From an uncultured Chloroflexia bacterium (lineage in GTDB: Bacteria; Chloroflexota; Limnocylindria; Limnocylindrales; CSP1-4): DNA of 64,000 nucleotides. A model generated the notes under the pieces. The model worked only from the letters and a program-made list of their open reading frames with translations. It was not told the DNA's origin and ran no database searches. Both the position numbers and the translations under genes were made by a program. How positions within the stretch are numbered: the first letter of the stretch is position 1; each line of letters starts with the position of its first letter. The stretch is from NCBI GenBank assembly GCA_963746845.1, contig CAVVCZ010000004.1, positions 1,120,001 to 1,184,000 on the forward strand. The letters run 5' to 3'. Positions 50,026 to 60,730 of the stretch are shown here, in pieces.

Positions 50026-51456
50026 CTACCCGGCCTGGCCTGCCCCGCCTGCCCGGGCCGCGGAGAGCCGATCCAGGATCAACCGCTTCACGCCCTCGAT
50101 CGGGACGCGATCCTGGACCATCGTGTCGCGGTCGCGGATCGTGACCGCGCCGTCCTCGAGCGTGTCGACGTCGACGGTCACGCACCACGGCGTGCCGATC
50201 TCGTCCTGGCGCCGGTACAGCTTGCCGATGGCCGCCGTGTCGTCGTAGACGGCGAGCACGTCCGTCGCGAGGTCCGCGCGCAGCTTGTGGCACAGCTCCA
50301 CGATCTCGGGCCGCTTCTTGAGGAGCGGCAGGACGGCGACCTTGTAGGGTGCCAGCTCCGGATGCAGCCCGAGGACGACCCGCTTCTCGCCCCGGACCTC
50401 CTCCTCGCGGTAGCTGTCGATCAGGAAGGTGAACGCGGCGCGATCCGGCCCGCCGGCCGTCTCGACGATGAACGGGATGAAGTGCTCCTCGGTCGCCGGA
50501 TCGAAGTACTCGAGGCTCTCGCCCGACGCCTCCTGGTGGCGCGACAGGTCGAAGTCACCGCGGTTGTGGATCCCCTCGAGCTCCTTCCAGCCGAACGGGA
50601 AGCGGTACTCGACGTCGACGGCCTTCTTCGCGTAGTGGGCCAGCTCGTCGGGCGCGTGCTCGCGGAAGCGCAGCCGCGCTTCCGTCACGCCGTAGCGGGT
50701 GTACCAGCTCCAGCGGCGCGGCAGCCACTCCTCGAAGATCCGGGCCGCCTCGTCCGGCCGGACGAAGTACTGCATCTCCATCTGCTCGAACTCTCGCATC
50801 CGGAACACGAAGTTGCCGGGGCTGATCTCGTTCCGGAACGACTTCCCGACCTGGGCGATCCCGAACGGCAGCTTCTTGCGCGAGCTCCCCTGGACGTTCT
50901 TGAAGTTCACGTACGAGCCCTGGGCCGTCTCGGGTCGGAGGTAGATGACGGACGACTCGTCCTGGACCGGGCCCATGTACGTCTGGAACATCAGATTGAA
51001 GCGGCGGGGCGGCGAGAGCGGGCCGCCGTCGTTCGGGCAGACGAGCCCGAACCGCTCGATCACGGTCGGGTCGGTCAGGTCGGTCGCGGTCAGGCTCTCG
51101 GCACCGGGCAGCTCGTCGAGACGGTACCGGCGGCGGCATGTCCCGCACTCGACGAGGGGGTCGCTGAAGCTGCCGACGTGGCCGGACGTGACCCAGACCT
51201 GCGGGTGCATGAGGATCCCGGCGTCCAGGCCGACGATGTCCTCGCGCTCCTGGACCATCGCCCGCCACCAGGCGCGCTTGACATTGTTCTTGAGCTCCAC
51301 GCCGAGCGGCCCGTAATCCCAGACGGCGTTGATCCCGCCGTAGATCTCGCTCGATGGGAAGACGAAGCCGCGGCGCTTCGAGAGGGACACGATGGTCTCG
51401 AGGTGGGCGACGGCAGGCGCGACGTCGTCGTTCGATTCGGGGGATGGCGTCGTCAC
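50026..51456 (-). CDS. glyQS: Glycine--tRNA ligase (alpha2 homodimeric type)
   Basis: [56 protein letters not shown]. Confidence 0.97.
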   Translation of the reverse strand: MTTPSPESNDDVAPAVAHLETIVSLSKRRGFVFPSSEIYGGINAVWDYGPLGVELKNNVKRAWWRAMVQEREDIVGLDAGILMHPQVWVTSGHVGSFSDPLVECGTCRRRYRLDELPGAESLTATDLTDPTVIERFGLVCPNDGGPLSPPRRFNLMFQTYMGPVQDESSVIYLRPETAQGSYVNFKNVQGSSRKKLPFGIAQVGKSFRNEISPGNFVFRMREFEQMEMQYFVRPDEAARIFEEWLPRRWSWYTRYGVTEARLRFREHAPDELAHYAKKAVDVEYRFPFGWKELEGIHNRGDFDLSRHQEASGESLEYFDPATEEHFIPFIVETAGGPDRAAFTFLIDSYREEEVRGEKRVVLGLHPELAPYKVAVLPLLKKRPEIVELCHKLRADLATDVLAVYDDTAAIGKLYRRQDEIGTPWCVTVDVDTLEDGAVTIRDRDTMVQDRVPIEGVKRLILDRLSAARAGGAGQAG

Positions 51457-51530
51457 GGGGACTCCGGTGGGCGGCCGGCCTGGAACGGACGGCCGCGGGA
51501 GGAGATCGAAGGGCCGATCGGAGGGCGATC

Positions 51531-52805
51531 CTAGCAGAGCCCCGCATCGCGGCCGCGCAGAGGGCTGACCCTCGCCCCATCCGTGCCGGCGTGGGTCAAG
51601 CTCGTCCAGGGGCCCGGCGGCAGGGCGTCGCGCAGCAGTCGGATGGCCGACCCGCCCATCACCGCCGCGATCTGCGTCTCGTCCAGCCCCTGTCCGATGA
51701 GCGCCGAGGTCAGCAGTCCCATCCCGGAGGCGTCGAACGGGACCGGGACCGCCCCGTCGAAGTCCGATCCGAGCCCGACATGGTCCGCGCCGATCACCGC
51801 GACCGCGTGGGCGATCGACCGGGCGATCGACTCGACGTCCGTGCCGCCACAGGCGGTCGGCCAGAACCCGATCCCGACCATGCCGCCGGTCGCCGCGATC
51901 CGCCGGAGCTGGTCGTCGGACAGGTTGCGGGCGTTGTCGCAGATCGCGCGGACCCCCGTGTGCGAGGCGACGACCGGACGGGTCGCCAGGGCCAGGACCT
52001 CGTCGATCGTCGCCGCGGAGGCATGCGCGAGGTCGACGATCATCCGGCGGCGCTCCAGCTCGCCGATGAGCTCCCGGCCGGCCGGCGTCAGGCCGCCCTT
52101 GGCGACCCCGTGCGCCGAGCCGGCGAAGCCGTTGTCGAAGAAGTGGGCCAGGCCGACCATCCGGTACCCGGCAGCCTCGAGCCGGTCGAGGTTCTCGACG
52201 TTGCGATCGAGCGCATGGGCGCCCTCGATCGCGAGCAGCCCGCCGACGAGCGTCGGGTCGCCGGCGCGGCGGAGGAGGAACCGGTCGAGGTCGGCCACGG
52301 TCCGGATGAGGGTCAGCTGACCGCCGGAGCCGGCCGCCATCGCCCGGAGCCGCGCCGCGTGGAACTCCGCCCGGGCGAGCAGGCTCCGCCAGCTGGCGAC
52401 GGGCCAGCCCTGGACGAGCGCGACGAGCGTCACATCGTCCGACGCGTCGTCGTTCTCCTCGATGTTCAGGTGGCGCGGGACCTTCGTGGCCATCGCGAAC
52501 ACCTGAAGGGCGACGTTGCCCTCGACCAGGCGGGGAACGTCGACATGACCGCGATCCGCGCGCCGGAGCAGGTCACGGCCCCACAGCAGCGAATCTGCGT
52601 GCAGGTCGACGATCGTCAGCCGCTCGTGGAGATCGGCGACCGCAGGCGTGAGCACGTACGGACCCGGGTCGCCGACCGCGCACAGCCGGCGCTCGGTCCG
52701 CGCGGACAGGCGCTCGCCCACGGATTGCCGGACGATCGCCCCGCCGACCGCAAGCGACGCTCCCGCGACCGTCGCGACGGCAAGGGATCGACGCCGCGGC
52801 CTCAT
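51531..52805 (-). CDS. Membrane dipeptidase (M19 family)
   Basis: DLHAD, IEGAH, HFFDN, DLAH, SH, RN..D, GSDFDG. Confidence 0.9.
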   Translation of the reverse strand: MRPRRRSLAVATVAGASLAVGGAIVRQSVGERLSARTERRLCAVGDPGPYVLTPAVADLHERLTIVDLHADSLLWGRDLLRRADRGHVDVPRLVEGNVALQVFAMATKVPRHLNIEENDDASDDVTLVALVQGWPVASWRSLLARAEFHAARLRAMAAGSGGQLTLIRTVADLDRFLLRRAGDPTLVGGLLAIEGAHALDRNVENLDRLEAAGYRMVGLAHFFDNGFAGSAHGVAKGGLTPAGRELIGELERRRMIVDLAHASAATIDEVLALATRPVVASHTGVRAICDNARNLSDDQLRRIAATGGMVGIGFWPTACGGTDVESIARSIAHAVAVIGADHVGLGSDFDGAVPVPFDASGMGLLTSALIGQGLDETQIAAVMGGSAIRLLRDALPPGPWTSLTHAGTDGARVSPLRGRDAGLC

Positions 52806-55000
52806 TCCGTCGGGGCGTGGGTGCTGAAGACCTGGTCCTGGAACTCCCGGCGCGCCGAACGCGGCGCCCGCGGCGACGCGTCGCCGTCAGACCCGTCGTC
52901 CTCGCCCTCGTCGACGTCGTCGAGCCCGCCGACCCCGCCCAGGTCCGTCAGACCGTCGACCGATGCGCCGGTGTAGGCCGCCGCCTGGAGGGTGAACAAC
53001 CGGGCATACCGCCCGCCGAGCGCCATCAGCTCGTCGTGGGTGCCCTCCTCGACGAGCGCACCGTGCTCGAGGAACAGGATCCGGTCCGCCTGGCGGACGG
53101 TCGAGAAGCGATGGGAGATGTAGATCGCCGTCCGGCCTGCGGCGAGGCGCCGCAGCCGGGCGAACAGCTCGAACTCGGCCTGGGCGTCGAGCGCGGACGT
53201 CGGCTCGTCGAGGACGAGGATCCGGGCGTCGCGCATGAACGCGCGACCCAGGGCGATCTTCTGCCATTCCCCGCCGGACAGCTCCACGCCGCCGTCGAAC
53301 CACTTCCCGAGCGGGGTGTCCCAGCCATCGGGCAGCCGTCCGAGCAGGCTGTCCGCGCCGCCCTTCCGGGCGGCCTCCTCGACCGCCTCGCGATCCTCGA
53401 TCCGGCCGAGCTCGCCGAGCCCGATGTTCTCGGCCGCCGTCGCCTGGTACGTCACGTAGTCCTGGAATATGCCGCCGATCAGCCGCCGGACCGCGGCCGG
53501 GTCCAGGTCGCGCAGGTTCGTGCCGTCGAGGAGGATCCGGCCCTCCGTCGGGTCGTACAGACGGCACAGGAGCTTGATCAGGGTCGACTTCCCGGCGCCG
53601 TTCCGGCCGACGACCGCGACCGTCTCGCCCGGGGCGATCCGGAGGCTCACGTCGTGGAGGGCCTCCCGCCCGGAGCCCGGGTAGGCGAACGAGACGCCCT
53701 CGAAGACGACCTCGCCGGCACCCTCGAGGTCGGCCGCGCGCTCGGTCGCGGCGGCCGATGCCGGCGCCGCCGCCGCGCCCGCCACGCCGCTCCGCTCGAT
53801 CCCGTACGGCGTCGCCAGGAGGTCGAACAGGTCGTTCATGTAGAGCTGGTTCTCGTACATCGAGCCGAACCCGGACAGGATCCCCTGGACGGACGACTGG
53901 ACAGACGACGCGGCCTGCGTGTAGAGCGTCAGGTCGCCCAGCGTCAGCTTGCCGGCGATCGCCTGGAGGGCGACATAGAGATACGTCAGCGAGCCGGCGA
54001 GGGTCGTGATCGTGCTCCAGATGAAGCCGACGAAGTAGCGGCTGACGACGATCCGCCGCTGGCGATCCTGGTAGATCGTCGCGAGCTGGCGGAAGCGGTC
54101 GATGAAGTACGGCCCGAGCCCGAAGAGCTTGACCTCCTTCGCGTAGGAGTCCGTCGTGACCAGCGTCGTCAGGTAGTCCATCCGGCGCCGGATCGGCGAC
54201 GCCCAGCGGGCGAAGCTGTAGCCGCGCCACCCGTAGCGCGTGTCCGCGATGAACGCGGGGACCGGCGCGAGGAGGGCGACGAGGGCGAGGATCGGGCTGA
54301 GCCGGACCAGCAGGAAGATCATCGACCCGAACACGATGATCGTCTGGATCAGCCCGAACACGCCGCTGACCATGAACAGCGGCCGGGACGAGGCGCCCTG
54401 CTGGGCGCGACGGAGGAGGTCGTAGGAGGTCGAGTCCTCGAAGAACGCGAGGTCCAGACGGGCGGCGTGATCCATGATCTGGAGCTGGATCGTGTTCGTC
54501 ACCCGCTCCTGGAGGAGCTGCTGGCAGACGTTCCGGAGCGTGCTCAGGAACGACGAGGCCGCGTAGACGAGGAACTGGACGATCGCGAGCAGGACGACCG
54601 CCCCGACGGCATCGACCGTCCACGGCCCGATCTGGACGGTGCCCGGCAGCGACGGGTTCGCCTGGGCCTGGATCGCCCCGACGACGGCATCGATCAGGAG
54701 CTTGGACACGACCGCGGTGACCGCGGGGATCAGGCCGGCGAGGATCGTCGCCGTGGCCAGTCCGATCGTCAGGATCCGGCTCGCCGCCCAGACGAGCCCG
54801 AGGACGCGAGGCACGGCGCCCGCGGTCGCCCGGATCGCCTTCCGGGCGGACGCGAGCCGGCCTCGCAGGTCGGTCGGGCCCTCGTTCGGCGGATCGGGGA
54901 TGTCCGGCGACCCGCTCAGTCCGCTCTCGCGGCCCTGGGAGCCCTGCCACGTGCTGCGGCGGATGGCGCCGCCGCGCGGGATGACCGGCGGGCCGCTCAG
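52802..55000 (-). CDS. ABC transporter, fused permease/ATP-binding subunit
   Basis: TM domain; GRNGAGKST, LSGGEWQK, LDEPT, SHR. Start uncertain (GTG 54814 or in-frame CTG at 55000). Confidence 0.92.
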   Translation of the reverse strand: MSGPPVIPRGGAIRRSTWQGSQGRESGLSGSPDIPDPPNEGPTDLRGRLASARKAIRATAGAVPRVLGLVWAASRILTIGLATATILAGLIPAVTAVVSKLLIDAVVGAIQAQANPSLPGTVQIGPWTVDAVGAVVLLAIVQFLVYAASSFLSTLRNVCQQLLQERVTNTIQLQIMDHAARLDLAFFEDSTSYDLLRRAQQGASSRPLFMVSGVFGLIQTIIVFGSMIFLLVRLSPILALVALLAPVPAFIADTRYGWRGYSFARWASPIRRRMDYLTTLVTTDSYAKEVKLFGLGPYFIDRFRQLATIYQDRQRRIVVSRYFVGFIWSTITTLAGSLTYLYVALQAIAGKLTLGDLTLYTQAASSVQSSVQGILSGFGSMYENQLYMNDLFDLLATPYGIERSGVAGAAAAPASAAATERAADLEGAGEVVFEGVSFAYPGSGREALHDVSLRIAPGETVAVVGRNGAGKSTLIKLLCRLYDPTEGRILLDGTNLRDLDPAAVRRLIGGIFQDYVTYQATAAENIGLGELGRIEDREAVEEAARKGGADSLLGRLPDGWDTPLGKWFDGGVELSGGEWQKIALGRAFMRDARILVLDEPTSALDAQAEFELFARLRRLAAGRTAIYISHRFSTVRQADRILFLEHGALVEEGTHDELMALGGRYARLFTLQAAAYTGASVDGLTDLGGVGGLDDVDEGEDDGSDGDASPRAPRSARREFQDQVFSTHAPTE

Positions 55001-55524
55001 CCGTGGCCCCCGATCGGAACGGCCCGGGCGGGGTCGGTCGCACGCCGAAGGTCGAGGGCGAGGAGGTCCTCACCCCACATGACCCTGCCGGTGTGCTCGA
55101 AGCCGTAGCGAAGGTAGAACGGCTGCGGCGAGCCATCGCCCGCCTTGCAGCTCGTGAGGAGGGCGTCGGCGTTCGGCCGCGTCCGGAGGTAGTCCACGAC
55201 CGCATCGATCGTTGCGGCGCCGTAGCCGCGACCCTGGAACCGGTGGTCGACCAGCAGGCGCCACAGGAAGTACGGCCCGACGATCGTGTCGTCCGCGTCG
55301 AGAGACTCCTGTGGGATGTTGTCGCTGATCATCACGAACCCGACGAGCCCGTCGCCGTCGTGGACGGACCACATCCGGGGGCAGGCGATCGCGTCGGCGA
55401 TCGCGTCCTCGAAATGGCTGATCATCGAGCCGAGGTAGCGCTCCTGGCCGGGTCCGCGGCGGAGACCCATGACGGCCTCGACGTCGTCCTCGGTGACGAT
55501 GTCGCGGAGCTGGACGGCCGGCAT
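54997..55524 (-). CDS. GNAT family N-acetyltransferase
   Basis: VGFVM, LWRLLVD.RFQGRGYG, FY..YGF; TGATG overlap with recO. Confidence 0.9.
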   Translation of the reverse strand: MPAVQLRDIVTEDDVEAVMGLRRGPGQERYLGSMISHFEDAIADAIACPRMWSVHDGDGLVGFVMISDNIPQESLDADDTIVGPYFLWRLLVDHRFQGRGYGAATIDAVVDYLRTRPNADALLTSCKAGDGSPQPFYLRYGFEHTGRVMWGEDLLALDLRRATDPARAVPIGGHG

Positions 55525-56318
55525 CAGCGAAGCGGCGCCGTGGCCAGCCGCTCGACGGGCGCGTGGCGGACCTCGTCGAGGAAGGCGAGGGATCGCGCGT
55601 CCCGCTCCAGCACGTGGCGGAGGAACTCGCGCATCGCGGACTCGACCTCGCGCTCCGTGGCGATGCCGAGCCGGAGCCCGGCGAGGGCCTCCACATCCTG
55701 GCGCTGGTACGCCTTCAGCAGCTTCAGCGCGTCGAGGCTGAGCGCCGTCCGATCGTGCGGCGGGCCCGGGCACCGGTCGCACAGGACGCCGCCGAGCGGC
55801 GGGACCCAGCGGTAGCGGGCGTCGACCTCGAGGACGCGGTCGCACTCGACGCAGCGGTCCACCTCGGGGCGGACGCCGAGCTCGTCGGCGAGGTGCATCT
55901 CGTACCACCGGGCGACGCGGTTCGGGGCCATCCCCGCGTCGAGCAGCTCGTAGCCGCGCTTCAGGAGCGAGTAGACCGGCTCTGCCGCGTGACGCTCCTC
56001 GAGCGAGCGGTCCGCGAGCTCCGCCAGATACCAGGCCGTGGCCGCGCTCTCCAGCGAGTCGCGGAGGTTCAGCCAGGCGTGGCTGACGCTGACCTGGGTC
56101 ACGACATCGAAGGTCCGGCCGCGGGCGAGGAGGACGATCAGCTCGGCGAACGGCTCGAGACTGCCCCCGATCCGGGAGGTCGGCCGGCGGATCCCCTTCG
56201 CGATCGCCTTCAGCTTGCCGCCGGTGGGCGTGATCAGCGTCAGGATCCGGTCCGCCTCGCCGTAGTCGAACCGCGAGAGGACGATCGCATCGGTCGAATA
56301 TCGGCGCGGGATCGGCAC
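55524..56318 (-). CDS. recO: DNA repair protein RecO
   Basis: AIVL...YGEADRI.TL.T...GK..AIAKG.RRP.SR, C..C...C..C zinc site. Confidence 0.95.
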   Translation of the reverse strand: MPIPRRYSTDAIVLSRFDYGEADRILTLITPTGGKLKAIAKGIRRPTSRIGGSLEPFAELIVLLARGRTFDVVTQVSVSHAWLNLRDSLESAATAWYLAELADRSLEERHAAEPVYSLLKRGYELLDAGMAPNRVARWYEMHLADELGVRPEVDRCVECDRVLEVDARYRWVPPLGGVLCDRCPGPPHDRTALSLDALKLLKAYQRQDVEALAGLRLGIATEREVESAMREFLRHVLERDARSLAFLDEVRHAPVERLATAPLR

Positions 56319-56342
56319 GAATCGAACCGTAGCACCTCCGCC

Positions 56343-56666
56343 CGGGGCGGTCGTGCGGCGGTCCGCGCCGTCCCCACCACTTCCCCGTTTCAGGTTCTGC
56401 ACGCTGCGTCGCCGGGGAAAGCCCGCGACGGCGCCGGCCACCCCGGCTGACGACGTTCGTTGCGCCTCACGCGATGCTCGGCGGCCTGGCCGACGCTCCG
56501 GACCCTTCCCCCGCCGCCAGCCGACACAGCGTGCAGGTCCTGCAATGGCCGCCGTTCGGCGTCGCCTGCCCCGCACCTCGATCCCCACCTGATCCGTTCG
56601 CCGAGCAGCGACGTACCAGCGGTCAGACGCCGGTGCGGTCGCGTCCCCCGAACCGGCGTCTTTTCG
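56343..56666 (+). ncRNA. Candidate structured non-coding RNA (rod-like; family unassigned)
   Basis: Nested stems: cggggcggtcg/cgcctgccccg, cggcggtc/ggccgccg, the 21-nt caggttctgcacgctgcgtcg/cgacacagcgtgcaggtcctg, ggggaa/ttcccc, cggcca/tggccg, cgttgcg/cgcgatg; downstream terminator. Strand inferred mainly from the terminator. Confidence 0.5.
56625..56666 (+). terminator. Intrinsic terminator
   Basis: agacgccggt...accggcgtct stem followed by TTT; no + strand protein gene immediately upstream. Confidence 0.65.
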
Positions 56667-56732
56667 TGCCCGGTCGCAACCCGCTACCTCTGGCTCGCAC
56701 GTTTGTCGGAATCCCGCTACCATGGCCGCGCG

Positions 56733-57758
56733 ATGACCACCGCCCAGCCGGTCCTCGAGGCCGCCGCCCTGATCGCCGACACCGAGGAGGAGATCCTCCG
56801 GCTGGTCGGCGATCACGACACGTCGACGGCCGGCGTGTACGAGATGATCCGCTACCACCTTGGGCTGGACGGCTCCGGCGCCGCGACCGGGAAGCGGATG
56901 CGGCCCCTGCTCGGCCTCCTCGCCTACGCCTCGATCGCGGGCGACTACCGGCCGGCCCTGCCCGGCGCGGCCGCGGTCGAGCTCGGCCACAACTTCAGCC
57001 TCGTCCACGACGACATCGAGGACGGCGACCGGGAGCGTCGCCACCGGCCGACCGTCTGGGCGCTCCACGGCGTGGCCCAGGCGATCAACACCGGCGACAT
57101 GCTGTTCAGCCTCAGCCGGATGGCCCTCCATCGCCTGACCGACCTCGGCTTCAGCGACGCGAAGGTCCTCCGCCTGATGCGCCTGTACGACCAGACCTGC
57201 GTCGCGCTGTGCGAGGGCCAGTACATCGACATCGCGACGAGCGAGGCCGACGACGTGATGTCGGTCGACCTGTACTTCGACATGATCGGCCGGAAGACGG
57301 CGGCCCTGATCGCGGCGTCGATCGAGGCGGGTGCTCTGCTCGCGACCGACGACGACGAGGTGATCGCGCGCTACCGGGCGTTCGGGTGGGCGCTCGGGCT
57401 GGCGTTCCAGCTGAACGACGACCTGCTCGGGATCTGGGGCGCCGAGCACGCGACCGGCAAGAAGGCGTCCGACATCGCCCGGCGCAAGAAGACCCTGCCG
57501 GTCATCTACGCCTTCGAGCACGCGGGTCCCGAGGACCGGGAGAGGCTCGCGCGGCTGTACGGGAACGGCGGACCGACGGCCGACAACGTCGACGAGATCG
57601 TGGGCATCCTCGAGCGCAGCGGGGCCCGGACGTACACGCGGGATCAGGCCCGGCGCCACCGGGACGAGGCGCTCGCGGAGCTCGATGCCGCCGGCGTCGT
57701 GGACGCGGAGGCACGGGCCCGCCTCGAGGAGATCATCGTGTCGGTGATCGCCGCCTGA
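56733..57758 (+). CDS. Polyprenyl diphosphate synthase (GGPP synthase, IdsA-like)
   Basis: GKRMRP, FARM HNFSLVHDDIED...RR.R, GQ.ID, KT, SARM FQLNDDLLG, D....KKT. Confidence 0.93.
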   Translation: MTTAQPVLEAAALIADTEEEILRLVGDHDTSTAGVYEMIRYHLGLDGSGAATGKRMRPLLGLLAYASIAGDYRPALPGAAAVELGHNFSLVHDDIEDGDRERRHRPTVWALHGVAQAINTGDMLFSLSRMALHRLTDLGFSDAKVLRLMRLYDQTCVALCEGQYIDIATSEADDVMSVDLYFDMIGRKTAALIAASIEAGALLATDDDEVIARYRAFGWALGLAFQLNDDLLGIWGAEHATGKKASDIARRKKTLPVIYAFEHAGPEDRERLARLYGNGGPTADNVDEIVGILERSGARTYTRDQARRHRDEALAELDAAGVVDAEARARLEEIIVSVIAA

Positions 57759-57789
57759 CGTCTCCCGCGCGCGGCCGCGGCCCTCGAAC

Positions 57790-59121
57790 CTAGCGGTCGC
57801 CGTCCTCGTCGGGGCGCAGCTCGTCGTCGTCCTCGGACGGGCGGCGCACGACGAGCACCTTCGACACGCGCCGGCCGTCCGTCGACTCGACCGTCAGGTG
57901 GAGCCCGTCCACGTCGACCTCGTCGCCCGGTGACGGAATCCCGCCGATCCGGTGGTAGATCAGGCCGCCGACCGTGTCGTACTCGTCCTCGTCCTCGAGG
58001 CCGAGGTCGATGTCGAACAGCTCCGCGAGGTCGTCGATGTCGGCCCGGCCGTCGATCCGTGCCTCGTCGTCGGAGAGGCGGACGACCATGGGCTCCTCGG
58101 TGTCGTACTCGTCCTGGATCTCGCCGACGATCTCCTCGAGCAGGTCCTCGATCGTGACCAGGCCCGCGGTCCCGCCGTACTCGTCGAGCACGATCGCGAT
58201 GTGGACCTTGCGCCGCTGGAACTCATGGAGCAGGTCGTCGATCGTCATCGACTCCGGCACGAAGACCGGCGTCCGGAGCAGCGAGCGAATCGTCGGGCGC
58301 GGCCCGGAGCCCGCCTTGAGGAACGGCAGCAGGTCCTTGGCGTAGAGGATCCCGACGACCTCGTCGATCGACTCCTCGTACACCGGCACGCGGCTGTGGC
58401 CCTCGTCGACGACCTTGTCGATCGCGTCCTCGAGGGTCGCCGAGGCCGGCAGCCCGACGATCGCGATCCGCGGGATCATCACCTCATGCAGGCGGCGCTC
58501 GCCGAGCTCGATGACCGCGTTGATCATCTGCTCCTCCTCCGCCTCGAGAATCCCCTGCTCGCCACCCCGCTCGACGATCAGCCGGAGCTCCTCCGCGCTG
58601 ATCTGGGCCTCGTTCGTCACGTTTGCCCCGAACAGCCCGGCGATCGCTCGCGTGGCGCCCGTCAGGAGCGCGATCAGCGGCCCGAGCGCCCGCGCGAGGA
58701 AGTCGATCGGGAGCGACAGGGTCAGCGCGAACCGCTCCGGGTTCGACAGGGCGAGCGTCTTCGGCACGAGCTCCGCGAAGATGATCGTGAAGAGCGCCAG
58801 GGTCACCGTCACGATGATCAGGGCCACCCCATCGGCGGCGCCGCCCAAGCCGAGCTCCCGCAGGAACTCGGCGAGGTGGGTCGAGAGGTTGACGGCCGCG
58901 AAGGCCGACGCGAAGAAGCCGATGACCGTGAGCCCGAGCTGGGACACCGCCAGGAACCGGCCCGGGTCCGCCTGGAGCCGCCGGACGCGGCGGGCTCCGG
59001 CCCGACCCTCCTCGGCCAGCTGGTCGACCCGGCTCCGCCGGAGCGACACGAGCGCGATCTCGGCGGCGACGAAGAACCCCTCGAGCAGCGTCAGCAGGAC
59101 GATGACCAGGAGATCGAGCAC
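57790..59121 (-). CDS. Hemolysin family / CNNM-CBS-CorC domain protein
   Basis: FFVAAE.AL, ELVPK, GHSRVPVY, DEYGGTAGLVTIEDLLEEIVGEI.DE.D. Confidence 0.93.
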   Translation of the reverse strand: MLDLLVIVLLTLLEGFFVAAEIALVSLRRSRVDQLAEEGRAGARRVRRLQADPGRFLAVSQLGLTVIGFFASAFAAVNLSTHLAEFLRELGLGGAADGVALIIVTVTLALFTIIFAELVPKTLALSNPERFALTLSLPIDFLARALGPLIALLTGATRAIAGLFGANVTNEAQISAEELRLIVERGGEQGILEAEEEQMINAVIELGERRLHEVMIPRIAIVGLPASATLEDAIDKVVDEGHSRVPVYEESIDEVVGILYAKDLLPFLKAGSGPRPTIRSLLRTPVFVPESMTIDDLLHEFQRRKVHIAIVLDEYGGTAGLVTIEDLLEEIVGEIQDEYDTEEPMVVRLSDDEARIDGRADIDDLAELFDIDLGLEDEDEYDTVGGLIYHRIGGIPSPGDEVDVDGLHLTVESTDGRRVSKVLVVRRPSEDDDELRPDEDGDR

Positions 59122-60545
59122 TAGCCGTCCTCGTCCGGGGGTTGGTTGGGCGGCGCGTCCGGCGCCGGTTCCTCCGGCTTCGGGTCCCGCATCCGCGCCG
59201 GCATCCCGACCGCCAGCTTGCCCGGCGGCACGTCACGGGTGACGACGGCGCCGGCGCCGGTCTTCGCGTCGTCGCCGACCGTGATCGGGGCGCGCAGCAT
59301 CGTGTCGACGCCGAGGAAGACGCGCTCGCCGATCGTCGTCCGGTGCTTCCTCCGGCCGTCGTAGTTCGCCGTGATGGTGCCGGCGCCGACATTCGTGCCC
59401 GCTCCGAGCTCCGCGTCGCCGAGGTAGCTCATGTGGTGCTGCTTCACGCCGCGCCCGAGCCGGGTGTTCTTCAGCTCGGCGAAGTTGCCAACCTCGGCGT
59501 CCGGCCCGACATGTGAGCCCGGCCGGAGGTGGCTGAACGGGCCGACCTTCGCGCCGTCCTCGATGACGGACGACTCGACGACGGACGCCCATACGAGACA
59601 CCCGGCGCCGATCGTGCTGTCGACGACCTGCGAGCCGGCCCCGATCGTCGTGCCCTCCCCGATCGTCGTCGTCCCGCGCAGGATGACGTTCGGCTCGAGG
59701 GTCACGTCCTCGGCGATCATCACCGTGGCGTCGATGTAGGCGGTCGACGGGTCGCGCATCGTCACGCCGGCTCGCATGTGCTCGCCGTTGATCCGCGTCC
59801 GAAGGTCCCATTCGGCCTGGGCGAGCTCGGCCCGGTCGTTGATCCCGAGCAGCCGGCCGTCGTCCTCGACGGTGAGCGCGACGACGAGGCGGCCGTCCGC
59901 CCGGGCCAGCTCCACGAGCTCGGTCAGGTACAGCTCGCCGGTCTTCGGGGACGGGCTGAGGGAGCCGATCCGGGATCGAAGCCAGCCGGCATCGAACGCG
60001 TACAGCCCGGAGTTGACCTCGTTGACCGCGATCTCCTCGTCGGTCGCGTCCTTGCGCTCGACGATCCGCTCCACGGTCCCGGCCTCGTCGCGGACCACCC
60101 GGCCGAGGTTGCCCGGCTCGATCGCATCGACCGCGACGAGCGCGATCGCGGCCTGGTCGAGGCGTCGCTCCTCGAGCAGCTCGGCGAGCAGCGATGCCTC
60201 GAGCAACGGGGCGTCGCCGGTCAGGACGAGGATCTCGTCCGCGTCGTCCGGCAGCGCGGCCACGGCGGCGGCGACGGCATCGCCCGTGCCACGCGGCTCG
60301 GCCTGGAGGGCGTAGTCGACGTCGTCGCCCAGGGCGTCGTGGACGGCGGCGGTCGCGGGGCTCGTGACGACGAGCGGGCGCCGACCGGTCGCCTCGCGGC
60401 TCGCATCGACGACGTAAGCGACCATCGGCCGGCCGGCGAGCCGGTGGAGGAGCTTCGGCGTGCGCGACTTCATCCGCGTGCCGAGGCCGGCGGCCATGAC
60501 GACCGCGACGACCCGCGGAGCGGTGCCGGGACTTGGGGGGTTCAC
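59121..60545 (-). CDS. glmU: Bifunctional UDP-GlcNAc pyrophosphorylase / GlcN-1-P acetyltransferase
   Basis: AAG.GTRMKS..PK, Q..RGTG.A, GE.YLT, hexapeptide repeats, GNFAE.K, H.SYLGD, NYDG..K. Confidence 0.97.
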   Translation of the reverse strand: MNPPSPGTAPRVVAVVMAAGLGTRMKSRTPKLLHRLAGRPMVAYVVDASREATGRRPLVVTSPATAAVHDALGDDVDYALQAEPRGTGDAVAAAVAALPDDADEILVLTGDAPLLEASLLAELLEERRLDQAAIALVAVDAIEPGNLGRVVRDEAGTVERIVERKDATDEEIAVNEVNSGLYAFDAGWLRSRIGSLSPSPKTGELYLTELVELARADGRLVVALTVEDDGRLLGINDRAELAQAEWDLRTRINGEHMRAGVTMRDPSTAYIDATVMIAEDVTLEPNVILRGTTTIGEGTTIGAGSQVVDSTIGAGCLVWASVVESSVIEDGAKVGPFSHLRPGSHVGPDAEVGNFAELKNTRLGRGVKQHHMSYLGDAELGAGTNVGAGTITANYDGRRKHRTTIGERVFLGVDTMLRAPITVGDDAKTGAGAVVTRDVPPGKLAVGMPARMRDPKPEEPAPDAPPNQPPDEDG

Positions 60546-60644
60546 GCGGGGCGACGCGTTCGGGCAGCAGTCGGGGAAAGCGGCGCGATCCCGACGCGGT
60601 CAGGGCCCGGCGCGTGTCGGTGGGTTGTCATCAGCGGTGCGCGG

Positions 60645-60674
60645 ATCGTAGGTTGGCGTTTCACAGAGTGTCAA
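60645..60674 (-). promoter_or_regulatory. Sigma70-type promoter upstream of glmU
   Basis: Minus strand TTGACA-N18-TACGAT. Confidence 0.65.
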
Positions 60675-60730
60675 ACTCGTTGGCTGTCGCGCCTGGACGC
60701 CGCGACGAACGCAGTAGGCTCGATTTCGAG

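Noticed and set aside
51457-51530. T-box riboswitch upstream of glyQS
   Set aside because: Only 74 nt available, with no T-box consensus or terminator.
56353-56592. 79-aa ORF (or 15-aa MAAVRRRLPRTSIPT) in the recO-idsA gap as a protein or type I toxin
   Set aside because: No good SD, low-complexity and non-hydrophobic sequence; RNA structure explains the region better.
60546-60730. tRNA or riboswitch between ridA and glmU
   Set aside because: No cloverleaf or recognisable aptamer; explained by a TTGACA-N18-TACGAT promoter and its leader.
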